Part shown: positions 10,665 through 22,720 of the stretch, one piece after another
Layout of the letters: each line of letters starts with the position of its first letter
How positions within the stretch are numbered: the stretch's first letter is position 1
Source: Gekko japonicus
Lineage: Eukaryota
NCBI RefSeq assembly: GCF_001447785.1
Contig: NW_015163761.1
Location: forward strand, 1 to 64,000
Length of the DNA stretch: 64,000 bases
Direction of reading: 5' to 3'
Made by a program: the position numbers and the translations under genes
The notes under the pieces: model-generated
Seen by the model: the letters and a program-made list of their open reading frames with translations, nothing else
The model's database searches: none
What the model was told of the DNA's origin: nothing

Positions 10665-11376
10665 ATGCTGTGGATTTTCCTAGTGAACTCCGGCCGTGAA
10701 AGCCTTCAACAAGAAACAGTGTAAATGCTTGGAATGTGGACGGAGCTCCAGTCACAGCAATAGGCCTTACTCCACTTGAAGGAATTGATATGTGGGGGAA
10801 GGGAGAATTCCCCTGTGAATGTTCCTAGACATTTACTACCAAGGTATCCAAAGTGTTATGAGAACAAAAACAGTAAACAGTCCGGGGGCAACTTAAAAAT
10901 TAATCTGCTGTGGCATAAACAGTTATGGATTAGAGCTGATGTCATCAGATCCTTGTTTTCATTGGTCAGGATTTCTCCATGGAACTCCCTGCGTAGTGAC
11001 TCTTTTGTTATTTTAGTTGCATGATTGCATTGAATGGTTTTAAGGGTTCAGAGGATTCTGTTTTATCTAAGCCAGGGGTCTCCATTGTGGTACTTATGGG
11101 CACCAGAGCACCCCACTGACACTTTTCTGGTCCTCCAAGTGTTTTTAGAAAGTGGTTGGGGCCAGCAGAGGTTCTGAACGGCCAGTGGAGACCTGCCAGA
11201 TACTGCCAGATGAGTGTTTCTTAGCTAGTTCAATAGGTGTACTTGTGTGTGTGTGCTAGAAAATGCTTTTAAACAGTATGTTCATTTTTTAAAAAAGCAT
11301 CCGGTTAAACAGAGCTTCTCCCAGAAACGCCGAAGAGCTACAATCACCGTTATACATTACCTCACTTCCTGACATA

Positions 11377-11596
11377 TTCTGGTTGGCTCTGCCTCTGGCA
11401 TTTTGTGGCTGCATCCACCGCCCTGGGTCGGATTTCCAGAAGTGTCCACTGACTCAAAAAAGGTTATGAATAAAATCAAATCGTTCTGGTTGGCTCTGCC
11501 TCTGGCAGCAGTTGTTTTGTGGCTGCATCCACCGCCCTGGGTTGGATTTCCAGAAGTGTCCACTGGCTCAAAAAAGGTTATGAATAAAATCAAATC
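11377..11596. repeat. ~110-bp tandem duplication
   Basis: TTCTGGTTGGCTCTGCCTCTGGCA...TGAATAAAATCAAATC present twice (11377, 11484). Confidence 0.85.
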
Positions 11597-13007
11597 TGCA
11601 AATGCTTGAAGCGCTTCAGTTAGACTGAACATCTAAATCCACATGAAATAGCCTAAGTGGGGGGAACTCGGTGGCCGTCGTAGGGGCAGAAAAGCAGGAT
11701 ACACATTTTGTAAATAAATAACAAATAAACCAACTCCGCCGCCATTCTCTGGATAATCAAAGTTCAGAAAGAAGAGGATAAATACAAAGACAAAAAGTGC
11801 ATATTAAACACAGGTAACTCACAATGGGTAAATGTATTATCATAACTGGCAACATTTCACACAAAAAACTAACAAAATTTGTGGCAGGGCCGTGTGAGTC
11901 ACTGCTCACTTCATCAGTGAAGTGAAGGTGGTACTGGACTCTTGCCTTCCTTTGCCACCCTCTGTTCTTAAAGCAGTGTGGGGAAACTCCTCCCCTGAGA
12001 ACCTTGATGCCTGTGCAATTGACATGGGAGAAATCTTTGAGATCCCGGAGTCTCAGATGCCAGATCCTCCTGTGAGGGCAGGATGTCAGATCCCCTGGTG
12101 GGGGTCCCCTGCTTTCGGGCCCCACCTCTCCACCACTGGCCAGCTGGGCAGGACTTACCCCCCCCCCAAACAGGGAAGAATGCCAAAATTAAACATAATG
12201 TGCCTACATAACTCAGAAGGGGTGTAGCACATTGGGGACGGGGTGCAACACTCTGGTTTTTGGGCAAAACTCTATAGTAGAGGCTAATTTTACCATAGAG
12301 TTTTGCCTCCCCAACATGCCTACGTCACTTCCCAGTCATGTAGGCACCTTGCACTTATTTTCAGCAGTCCTCCCTGCTCCCAGTAAGTTAACATAAGAAC
12401 ATAAGAGAAGCCAATGTTGGATCAGGCCAGTGGCCCATCCAGTCCAACACTCTGTCACACAGTGGCCAAAAATACCAGGTGCCATCAGGAGGTCCACCAG
12501 TGGGGTCACCTCCCCATCCTCAGCCAGCAGGTCCAAGACTGTCTGAGAGTGTGTTTGCCTATAAAGCCTCAACCTGTTTTTGTTTTGTTTTTGTTTTTTT
12601 TTAAACCTGAGTGCAGAAAGGAGTTGGCAACCAAAATAGATTTAACCAAATGAGAGGTATATGTTCCTACCAAAACTTAGCAGCCATGTTTTAGAACAGT
12701 TTCTGGACTCTCTTCAAAGGTAACCTTATGACTGACTATAAAAAGATGTGCATGTCTGTCTGTGACAGGTATAATTTATCAGAAAATAAAGCAAGCAACC
12801 TCAAAATTGGCTACCAACTTCAGGATAACCATGGGAGTTGCAGTGTCAGAAAGGAAGGCAAACGAAGCATCCTGGCCCACATTCTGTTTGCGACCGAAAC
12901 AGAAGCCTAAGAAGCACAGATAGGGAGCGTGGAATATATTCCTTCCTTTATGAAAGAAACAAGCCCTCAGGCAAGTTTGCCAGTTAAGAGGTCTTCCTGA
13001 GGATGAA

Positions 13008-13220
13008 GGGCCATGGATGAGTGGTATGTCATCTGCTTGGCATGCAGAAGGTCCCAGGTTCAATCTCCAGCATCTTCAGTTAAAAGGATCAGGCAACTAG
13101 TGATTTGAAAGACCTCAATCTGAGACCCGGAGAATTGCTCTCAGTCTGAGTAGACAATACTGACCTTGATGGACCAGTCTTCTGATTCAATATAAGGCAG
13201 CTTCAGTATAAGGCAGCTTC
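13008..13220 (+). mobile_element. tRNA-Ala-like SINE (Squam2-like), monomer
   Basis: Head ...CATCTGCTTGGCATGCAGAAGGTCCCAGGTTCAATC and tail CAGTATAAGGCAGCTTC. Confidence 0.7.
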
Positions 13221-13225
13221 CTCAT

Positions 13226-14468
13226 CAAAGGCTCCTAAGTAAGCTCAATAGTCACGGGATAAAAGGACAAGTCCTTTTGTGGATCAAAAACTGTCTGATT
13301 AATAGGAAACAGAGATTGAGTATAAATGGGCAATTTTTTCAGTGGAGGGTGGTAAGCAGTGGGGTACCGCAGGGATCAGTACTCAGTCCGATGCTTTTTA
13401 ACTTGTTTATTAATGATTGAGTTGGGAGTAAGCAGTTAAGTGGCTAAATTTGCAGATGACATGAAGTTGTTCAAGGTGGTGACAACCAAGAGGATTGTGA
13501 GGCACTCCAAAGGGATCTGTCGAGGATGGGCGAGTGGCCATCAACATGGCAAATGGGGTTCAATGTGGCCAAGTGCGAAGTGATGTATACTGGAGCCAAA
13601 AATCCTAACTATAAATACACATTGATGGGGTCTGAACTGGCAGAGAATGACCAAGAGAGATCTTGGAGTCGTAGTAGATAACTTAATGAAAATGTCGAGA
13701 CTGTGTGCAACTGCAATAAAAAAGGCCAACGATATGCTGGGGATTCTTAGGAAGGGTATTGAAAACAAATCAGCCAGTATCATGCCCCTGTATAAATCAA
13801 TGGTGTGACCTCATTTGGAATACTGTGTATAGTTCTGGTCACCACACCTCAAAAAGGATATTATAGCATTGGAAAAAGTGCAGAAAAGGGCAACTAGAAT
13901 GATAAAAGGGTTGGAACACTTTCCCCATGAAGAAAGGTTAAAGTGCTTGGGACGCTTTAGCTTGGAGAAACGACAGCTGACTGGTGACATGATCAAGGTC
14001 TGTAAGATTATGCATGGGATAGAGCAGGTAGAGAAAGAGGTACTTTTCTCCCTTTCTCAGAATACAAGAACTCATGGGCACTCCATGAAATTGCTGAGCT
14101 GTCGGGTTAGAACGGATAAGAGGAAGTACTTCTTCACCCAAAGAGTGATCAACACTTGGAATTCACTGCCACAGGAGGTGGTGGCGGCTACAAGCATGGA
14201 CGGCTTCAAGGGGGAATTGGATAAACATATGGAGTCAAGATCTATCTGTGGCTATTAGCCACAAGGTATAGATAGGAACTCTCAGTCTGGGGCAAGTGAT
14301 GCTCTGTATTCTTGGTGCTGGGGGGGCAACAGTGGGAGAGCTTCTAGTGCCCTGGCCCCACTGGTGGACCTCCCAATGACACCTGGTATTTTTGGCCACT
14401 GTGTGACAGAGTGTTGGACTGGATGGGCCATTGGCCTGATCCAACATTGGCTTCTCTTATGTTCTTAT
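13226..14468 (+). mobile_element. CR1 LINE, 5'-truncated (RT domain to 3' UTR)
   Basis: GVPQGSVL and AKFADD RT motifs. ORF 13869-14258 ([15 protein letters not shown]...FFTQRVINTWNSLP) and a TTCTTAT tail, with frameshifts. Confidence 0.92.
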
Positions 14469-14639
14469 ACCATAAGAACATAATAGACTTACTGGATCAG
14501 ACCAGTGGTCCATCTACTCCAGCATCCCATCTCATTCAGTGACTAACCAGTTCCTCTGGAGGTCCAACAACAGGGCATTGTGGCCAAGGCCTTCCCCTGA
14601 GGTTGCCTCCTGACACCAGTATTTGGAGGCGTGTTTGTG

Positions 14640-14845
14640 TGCTGTCAGGTCACAGCTGACGTATGGCAACCCTGTAATGTTTTCAAGGCAAAAGACATTC
14701 AGAGGTGGTCTGCCATTGCCTTTCTCCACATCACGACCCTGGTATTCCTTGGAGGTCTCCCATTCAAATATTACCAAGGGCCGACCCTGCTTAGCTTCTG
14801 AGACATGACAAGGTCATGCTAGCCTGAACTATTCAGGTCAGGGCA
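14640..14845 (-). mobile_element. 5S rRNA-derived SINE, inserted in a minus-strand CR1 3' fragment (14470-14985)
   Basis: Reverse complement contains GAAGCTAAGCAGGGTCGGCCC...TGGGAGACC (5S boxes) followed by a non-5S body. Confidence 0.7.
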
Positions 14846-15478
14846 TGTAGAGGTTTACTGCCTCTGGATATGGAGGTTCCTTTTTGTCAGCCACTGATAG
14901 ACCACTCCTCCATGAATCTGTCTAATCCCCTTTTAAAGCTGTCTATCCTCTGGAAGCAAATTCCACATTGCAATCACTCAGTTTAATAATTCAAGATAGA
15001 GTCAAGTGGGCCTCCATGTTGGTCTGAAGCAACAGAACAAAGTTGGATTCCAGTGGCCCCTTTAAGACCAACAAAGTTTAATTCTGGATATAAGCTTTTG
15101 AGAGCATGCACACGTCAGATCCAGTGGTTTTGTGGCACTCCCTGATTCCCCGCCCATGTACCCAGCCTACTTGGTTCCATCCCATAAAGCACTGAAGCAT
15201 GGCTATTTTGCTGTCTTTCCCACACAGGCAGCATCTGGCTACTGAATTCTTTCCCACAGGTAACTCACATTCCTCTAGCCAAATGCGAAAAGCCTGAAGG
15301 CTGAATCTCTAGATATGCTCTTATACCTCACCTGCTCTGGCCAGAGGCTTTGGCCTGGCTGATAACCTGTTGGTGGGCAAAGCTTATGGTTTTATGGTGC
15401 CATTAAGGGGAAGGGCCTGTGTCTTGGTGAGCTCATGAGATTCCCACAGGACATTGGATGTGTGTCTTTTATTACCTT

Positions 15479-15721
15479 AAAGGTAAAGGTTCCCTTGCTC
15501 AAAAGCCAGTTGAGTCCGACTCTAGGGTTGTGGTGCTTATCTCCATTTCAGAAGAGCCAGCGCTGTCTGAAGACGTTTCCGTGGTCATGTGGCCGGCATG
15601 ACTAAACACCAAGGCGCACGGAACGCTGTTACCTTCCCACCGAAGTGGTACCTATTGATCTACTTGCAATTTCTTGCTTTCGAACTGCTAGGTTGGCAGG
15701 AGCTGGAACTAGAGAGGGGAG
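15479..15721 (-). mobile_element. Sauria SINE (5' part in gap)
   Basis: (ACCTTT)n tail on the minus strand; body matches the other six copies. Confidence 0.85.
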
Positions 15722-16090
15722 NNNNNNNNNNNNNNNNNNNNNNNNNNNNNNNNNNNNNNNNNNNNNNNNNNNNNNNNNNNNNNNNNNNNNNNNNNNNNNN
15801 NNNNNNNNNNNNNNNNNNNNNNNNNNNNNNNNNNNNNNNNNNNNNNNNNNNNNNNNNNNNNNNNNNNNNNNNNNNNNNNNNNNNNNNNNNNNNNNNNNNN
15901 NNNNNNNNNNNNNNNNNNNNNNNNNNNNNNNNNNNNNNNNNNNNNNNNNNNNNNNNNNNNNNNNNNNNNNNNNNNNNNNNNNNNNNNNNNNNNNNNNNNN
16001 NNNNNNNNNNNNNNNNNNNNNNNNNNNNNNNNNNNNNNNNNNNNNNNNNNNNNNNNNNNNNNNNNNNNNNNNNNNNNNNNNNNNNNNNNN

Positions 16091-16365
16091 TGGTTAAGTG
16101 TGCGGACTCTAATCTGGGAGAACCGGGTTTGATTCCCCACTCCTCCACTTGCACCTGCTGGTGTGACCTTGGGTCAGTCGCAAGCTCTGGCACAGCTGTC
16201 CTTGGAAAAGAGCAGTTTCTCTCAGAGCTCTCTCAGCCCCACCCACCTCACAGGGTGCCTGTTGTGGGGAGGGGAAGGGAAAGGAGTTTGTAAGCCGCTC
16301 TGAGACTCCAAGTGAAGGGCGGGGTGTAAATCCAATCTCTTCTTCTCTTCTTCTTCTTCTTCTTC
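16091..16365 (+). mobile_element. Squam3-like SINE
   Basis: TGGTTAAGTGTGCGGACTCTAATCTGGGAGAACCGGGTTTGATTCCC head and (CTT)n tail. Confidence 0.8.
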
Positions 16366-17229
16366 TACCCTCCGTGCAGCCATTTTCTCCAGCGGACCTG
16401 ATCTCTATTATCTGGAGATGAATTATAATTACGGGAGATCTTCCAGCCACTACCAGGAGGTTGGCAACCCTAGCAGGGTCCCTTCCACTCAGTGCTTTCC
16501 ACCTCAGGGAAAGTATTCCTCCCACCCACCCCCTGTTGAAAGATATTGTCACTGTATCAAGTGGTCTGGGGGCTTTACAATCTTGCTCCTAGGGAAAAAT
16601 ACACACACCCCTCCAAAAAGCCTCAAAGAGAGTCTGTTCACTCTTTTTAGTCCTGGGGCTGAAATGTACCCCACGTGGAATAGTCTAAACTTATACTAGC
16701 AAGTCTGTCAGGAGAGCTAAGAATGGAGCCTCCAGGTGCAGGAGCAGGGTATCTTTTGTGACTCCATTAAGGAGACAATGCCTGAAGAGTATACACTAGT
16801 TTGGGGTCTTGGGAGGGGAGGATGCAATCTCAGTGGTAGATCAGGTGCTGTTCATAGGGAGACAACAGGCTCTGATTTCTCTTGTTTCGAAAGGGCCCAA
16901 ATTCCTTTGTTTTTATTTATTTGTTTTGGGATTTTTATTCCACCCTCCCCAATGGCACCGTGTTATAGGAAGGTTTTACTGTGGTTTAAATGTTGTATTT
17001 TATTATATGTTTTATTGTATTTTATATCTCGGCTTTGCCGCATGTGAGCTGCCCTGAGCCTCTGGGAGGGCGGGATATAAATCAAACGAATAAATAAATA
17101 AATAAAAAATAGAAAACAAGCCCAGCAGGGAGAACTGNNNNNNNNNNNNNNNNNNNNNNNNNNNNNNNNNNNNNNNNNNNNNNNNNNNNNNNNNNNNNNN
17201 NNNNNNNNNNNNNNNNNNNNNNNNNNNNN

Positions 17230-17500
17230 TGGACTGTTTTGGATTGCTAGCTATTGGGGGGGGGGCCGTGCAGATCTGTCCTCACAGAGGAGGGAGAGCT
17301 TGTGCCTGAATAAAACTTGGTCTTAAAGGTGCCACTGGACTGTCGTGGACCAAGGGGAGCTCTGCAACTTACCTGGCTGCTTCTTGCTCTGACTGAGGGC
17401 TGCTGGGAGCAGGGGGTGGGGCTTGTTGCATGTGCCCGCCCCCTGGGCTCTTTACTGCCGGAGCTCCGCTCCTGTGCGCTCCTGCAGGAAATGACCCCTG
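17230..17500 (+). mobile_element. hAT-type MITE, second subfamily (right end GAAATGACCCCTG), left part in gap
   Basis: Nearly colinear with 50398-50669. Confidence 0.75.
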
Positions 17501-18157
17501 CAAACAATAAACAATAAAATTGGTAGCAGCAATATAAATCTGTTGGGGCCACAAGGTGTCATCAGACGGGCCCTTCCAGCAGGTTGGGAACCAAAGCAGG
17601 GAGGCCAGCTGAGGTGGACGCCGGCCACCTCAACCGAAGGCCTGGCGGGACAGCTCTGTTTTGCAGGCCCTGTGGAACCATAGAGGTCACGCAGGGCCCT
17701 GATCTCCAGGGGGAGCTGATTCCACCAGGTCGGGGGCCAAGGCAGAAACAGGCTAAGTGGGCATCCTTTTCACCTGGGGCAACCAGTAAATGTTGGTCCT
17801 GTGACCGCAAGGCTCTTCGGGGCACATATGGGCTAGGAAAGGCTTTAAAAGGGGATTAGATGGATCAGGGGTAGAGATTAAGGCGGAGGTGTGTGAGTGG
17901 CCCGAGGTCGCCCTGCCAGTTTCTGTGGCTGAGTGGGGATTTGAACCTGGGCCTCTCAGATCCCAATCTGATGCTGTAACCACGACACACCACTGGCTCT
18001 GTGATGCCTAGTCCCCAAAGGGAAAACAGAATGGCAGAGGCATCTCCAAAGGGCCACCAGCTTCAGAAGTCTAGCTATATGAAGTGTTTCGAAATGGGAA
18101 CCTTGTGGAGCTCTAGAGACTGGCTGGTTTATTCTGGCCTGAATGGAAGGGGGGCCC

Positions 18158-18362
18158 TGACCTGGTTGGCCCAGGCTAGCTTGCTCTAATCAGATCCCAG
18201 AAGCTAAGCAGGATTGGTCCTGGTTAGTCCTTGGATGGGAGACCACCAAGAGAGTCTAGTCTTGCTACAAAAAGGCAGGCAGTGGCCAACCACCTCCTTT
18301 TGTCTCTTGCCTTGAGAACCCTACAGGATTGTCATAAGTCGGCTGCAGCTGGATGGCTCTTT
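18158..18362 (+). mobile_element. 5S rRNA-derived SINE
   Basis: CAGATCCCAGAAGCTAAGCAGG...TTGGATGGGAGACCACCAAG (5S-like) followed by a SINE body. Confidence 0.7.
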
Positions 18363-18985
18363 ACATATGCGTTTACAGAAAAATGAAGATATCGGTAATG
18401 TTTGCTGATATTTCTTGTGGTCCTTTGCAATGTTCCCTCTAAGCTGTGGAGGCTTGTGAGCAAAAATTCTACTTTGTGAGCTACTGGCATAAAAGCTGTG
18501 AGCAAGTGATTTGGCTGCTACATAAATTAGTTTGCTCTGGAGCCATCCTTCCTGAGCAAAGACAAAAATGTGTGAGCCAGAGGCTGAAAAACTGTGAGCT
18601 AGCTCACACTAACTCATCTTATTTGCCCCTTTTTTATTTTACGAACTGGTTAACTAGGGTAGTATGAGATGCCTTTGGTAGAGTTTCTTTGGAGTAGTTC
18701 TGGACAGAGACATTCGCTAGAGGGAAATTCAAGCATACAACACAACTTTATTCGTAGAGAACAAGGTGAAAGCGTATGGTTTCTATTGATACTTTAGCTG
18801 AATATAAACGACAGACTTTATAACAGAGGGTATTATCATGTTATCCCGACTTTTCTGTGAGCTTTCCCCTTTTCTCAGGGTTCATAATACATCTCCTCTC
18901 CCTGGAGGTGAATGTTTCGTATTCTGCAGTCCAGCCCTCTCTTGGGTACAGACCCACTCACGGGGGATCTTTCAGAGAACCACAC

Positions 18986-19191
18986 CAGTGTTCCCTCTAA
19001 GCTGAGTTAGTGTGAGCTAGCTCACAGTTTTTTAGCCTCCAGCTCACACATTTTGGTCTTAGCTCAGGAAGGATGGCTCCAGAGTAAACAAATTTATGCA
19101 GTAGCCAAATGGCTCGCTCACAACTTTAATGCCAGTTGCTCACAAAGTAGAATTTTTGCTCTCAAGACTCCACAGCTTAGAGGGAGTACTG
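18986..19191 (+). mobile_element. hAT-type MITE, third family (TIR CAGTGTTCCCTCTAAGCTG); truncated reverse copy at 18428-18616
   Basis: TIRs plus perfect 8-bp TSD AACCACAC (18978-18985 / 19192-19199). Confidence 0.88.
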
Positions 19192-19637
19192 AACCACACA
19201 TCCGTTTTCCAAGGATCCTTTTTGGGGTTGTCTACCTCACAAAGTCCCTTCATCCATACTCCTCACTCATCTAGAATTTTCTCTGCCCCCCCCAAACTTG
19301 GCAGTTTAGAACCCTTTCCCTCCATTCCCCACCTTCCCCTCAGCTCTGTCAATCACAGAAGTTAACCCATTCCTCAAGTTTTACCGTTAGGAATCATTAC
19401 AATATTCTTTTTTTAAAAAACTAGTTCAGGCCAGTGTATGCATATTAAAGCATGGTGCTGCCATGCGGTGACTCCACTTACTTATTTCACATTGAAAATG
19501 AAATTGTTGTGGGCCGATCAATTTTATTTGTGTTCATTTTTTTCTCCCTCTGGTTTTCTGGGTCTTTTCTTCAACATTTCTGTGTGCCCGTCTAGGTCTC
19601 TGCCCAGTGTTCCAGAGTTTTCTGTTGATATCTTTGT

Positions 19638-20062
19638 AACGGCCACTTAGCTCTACAGTTGGAAAAACATTCAACCTTGCAAGCGTGAAGACATATCTAG
19701 ATCTGGGGGATGTAAGGAAGCTCATATATGAGGGAGTTTTCTTAGGTGGAACAATCCCTAAGGCAGAGTTGGAGCATACTCGCCTAGCACGAATTGAAGT
19801 GCTGAGTCGGTCAATGTTTGTCACCCTCAATCTCATCAAATTTAGCGCTTCTTGATAATTTAAATTATTAAGCCCCGTAGGGGCGAGACCAATCCACTCC
19901 AGCTTGTTATCTATATGTTTTGCCCACGTACATTTATAATTATCCCCTTTTAAAAGATAAAGAAAACCTCCTTGAGCATTAGGTGTCATATAAAGAACTT
20001 TCAGTCTCAATTTAAAGGCTGCCTTCCAGGCTCTTGACTCAAAGGAGCATTGTGCGAATTCT
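19638..20062 (-). mobile_element. LINE ORF2 C-terminal fragment between 264-bp direct repeats (19374-19637 / 20063-20326)
   Basis: Minus-strand ORF ...SYMSFLTSPRSRYVFTLARLNVFPTVELSGRY resembles post-RT regions of non-LTR elements (clade not determined). Flanking repeats are directly visible. Confidence 0.6.
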
Positions 20063-20475
20063 TCAAGTTATACCTTTAGGAATCATTACAATATTCTTAA
20101 AAAAAAACAACTAGTTCAGGCCAGTGTATGCAGATTAAAGCATGGTGCTGCCATGAGGTGACTCCACTTACTTATTTCACATGTAAAATGAAATTGTTGT
20201 GGGCTGAACAATTTTATTTGTGTTCATTTTTTCTCCTTCTGGTTTTCTGGGTCTTTTCTTCAACATTTCTGTGTGCCCGTCTAGGTCTCTGCCCAGTGTT
20301 CCAGAGTTTTCTGTTGATATCTTTGTGAGATCATCCCCGTGGAAGACCAAACACCCCACAGGTCCTACGCAACGGAAGGCCTTGGGAGTAACAGGAAAAG
20401 ACACTTGTGATCTCCTGATACGTGGAGGACGATCCAGCACAGCTCTGGAAGCAGGCCGGGAATCCCCCGGAAGCG

Positions 20476-21134
20476 ATGTCATGTGCAGGGACTGTGAGAT
20501 CCCTCTGCAGAGTATCTCCACATCAGGTAAAGGAGGAGCCAGAGGAGGGTCTGGCTGAGCAATGGGAAGCCCAGTGGCAGGAATTCCTCATGACCGCAGA
20601 GTCACCTCTCTCAGACGGGGCAATCCCACAGCTGCCAGAGAAGCCCACCCCGTGGGACAATGCCAAGGCCTTCCTGGCCGCCTTCGAGCAAGTGGCTGAA
20701 GCCTGTCGGTGGCCTAGAGACGAGTGGGCGACCCGACTCCTGCCAGCCCTCAGCGGAGAGGTCGAGCAGGCCTTTAACAGCCTGGAGGCCCGAGACAAAG
20801 AGGACTATGAAAAGGTGAAGGCGGCCATCTTGCGAGGGGACACCATCTGCAGAGAAAAGCTACGTCAACGCTTCCGGCATTTCTGCTACCGGGAGGCCGA
20901 TGGGCCGCGGGGGACTTACGGCCAGCTCCAGGAGCTTTGCCGTCGGTGGCTGAAGGTCGAGAGGCACTCCAAGGAGCAGATTCTGGAGCTCTTGATCCTG
21001 GAGCGGTTCCTGACCATCCTCCCACCAGAGATCCAGAGGTGGGTCCGAGACCGTGGCCCAGAGACCTGCTTCCAGGCGGTGGCCCTGGCTGAGGAATTCA
21101 TGCTGAGGCAGCCGCCGGCTGAGAGACCGGAGAT
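20476..21134 (+). CDS. Gene B, extended-SCAN exon (3' end in N gap; start uncertain)
   Basis: QVKEEP...WEAQWQEFL...[15 protein letters not shown]...REKLRQRFRHFCYREADGPR...[17 protein letters not shown]. First in-frame ATG is at 20476. Confidence 0.85.
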
Positions 21135-21722
21135 NNNNNNNNNNNNNNNNNNNNNNNNNNNNNNNNNNNNNNNNNNNNNNNNNNNNNNNNNNNNNNNNNN
21201 NNNNNNNNGCCGCAGGCTGAGAGGCAGGAAATGCAGGTGGGACTGTTTTTGCTGCCCTGCCCTTGGGGGCAGGAATGGGTGGTGGGAATGGATCAGGCGA
21301 GGCCACTTGGTGGCCTATGCAGTGCATATCGATTTCCGTCTCCTGTGCTGTTGCTGTCTCTGACCACCCAAGAAACACCTCAGGCTAGACCTGGCTCAGG
21401 TTCTGGGGGTGCTGACTGTCTCCTCATCTGGTGAACCCTTTCTGAGTGTTGGCACCATCCTTGCTTTGTTGCCCAAAATGGCAGCGTTGCATGGTTCAGG
21501 TAGAGAAAAGCAACTGAGATCTCTGGCCATCTCAAAGCGCTTGGGGAAGGGGAAGAGTGGAATGTGATTTAGAAGACGTAGAAGAAGAGATTGGACTTAT
21601 ACCCCGCCCTTCACTCGGAGTCTCAGAGCGGCTTACAAACTCCTTTCCCTTCCCCTCCCCACAGCAGACACCCTGTGAGGTGGGTGGGTCTGAGAGAGCG
21701 CTTTCCAGAACTGCTCTTTCAA

Positions 21723-22010
21723 CGAGTGCCCAAACTGTGACCCAAAACCCACTTATTTATCGCAAAGTGCCAACACGGCAATTTAACCTGAATACTGAGG
21801 TTTTACTTTAGAAAAAACAACTCCTACATTAACTTAAGATGATCCAAACAAAGTAAGGAAAGCAATCCCAAATGCTTTCATTTACTTAAAATTATTTGGC
21901 AGAGAATTCGACACTTTAATGATGGTCTGGGCCTGGCTGGGGCGATGGCACGCGTGCCCACAGAGAGGGCTCTGAGTGCCACCTCTGGCACCATAGGTTC
22001 GCCACCACTG
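21723..22010 (+). mobile_element. hAT MITE (fourth family), left end missing
   Basis: Colinear with 32699-33018 and ends AGGTTCGCCACCACTG. Confidence 0.8.
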
Positions 22011-22138
22011 CACTACACCATTGTCATCCCTGTGAGACAGTATTATCTTGTTCCCCAAGACCTCCGAAAGGGGTAAGACTTCTCTGATCTCTTCCCCTGC
22101 AAGAGGAAGAGAAGAGCACCTCTCATTCCCTCTTATGG

Positions 22139-22562
22139 GAGGGGGCCATGGCAGAGTGGTAGAGTATCAGCTCGGCGTGCACAGGGTCCCAGGTTCGATC
22201 CCCAGCTTGTGCGATGGAAAGTATGAGGTAGACCAAGAGTCAAAAAATGAAAGGCATGTTCATTTAGGGAAGGGATCATGACTCAGTGGTAGAGAATATA
22301 CTTGGCATGCAGAAGGTCCCAAGTTCAATCCCCGGCATCTCCAGCTGAAAGGATGAGGAAGACCTAGGGGTATGACTCCACAAAAGGCAGGTTCATTTAG
22401 GGAGGCAGCCATAGCTCAGTGGTAGAGCATCTCCTTGGCATGTAGAAGGTCCCAGGTTCAATCCCCAGCATTTCCAGTTGAAAGGAACTGTTGCCAGTCA
22501 AAGTAGACAGGACTGACCTTGATGGACGAATGCTCTGTGTCAGTATAAGGCAGTTTCTTGTG
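22139..22562 (+). mobile_element. Trimeric tRNA-Ala-like (Squam2-like) SINE
   Basis: Three successive tRNA-like heads joined by TGAGG.AGACC...AGGCA.GTTCATTTAGGGA spacers; the last unit has the SINE tail. Confidence 0.7.
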
Positions 22563-22605
22563 CTTTCGTGTGTGTATGTGACAACATCCCTCTCGGTCAT
22601 CGCAG

Positions 22606-22720
22606 GTGCCCTTGGAAGAGATGGCTGGGAGTGAGGCAGGCCAGGTTCCATCTGAGAGTGTGCAGAGGCATCCTTCGATGGGCATCAAGGAAGAGGAGGA
22701 CGGAGAGACCAGCCTGCTTG
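22606..22720 (+). CDS. Gene B, 115-nt exon (decayed KRAB-A-like)
   Basis: CGCAG|GTG...CTTG|GTAAGG, phase 0 to 1. Encodes VPLEEMAGSEAGQVPSESVQRHPSMGIKEEEDGETSLL(G). Confidence 0.85.

Noticed and set aside
15589-16293. Long ORFs spanning 15.6-16.3 kb
   Set aside because: They are open only because they cross an N gap between two SINEs.
18158-18260. 5S rRNA genes (also 24860, 31700)
   Set aside because: Diverged partial 5S similarity fused to a common non-5S tail, so these are SINE heads.
18665-19357. Possible minus-strand solo LTR (TG...CA ends, internal TTTATT)
   Set aside because: No TSD, second copy or PBS/PPT visible, so it cannot be supported without a database search.
22401-22476. tRNA-Ala-like genes (also ~45885, ~39100)
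   Set aside because: Acceptor and anticodon stems are mismatched, and the sequence continues into a shared SINE body with no Pol III terminator.
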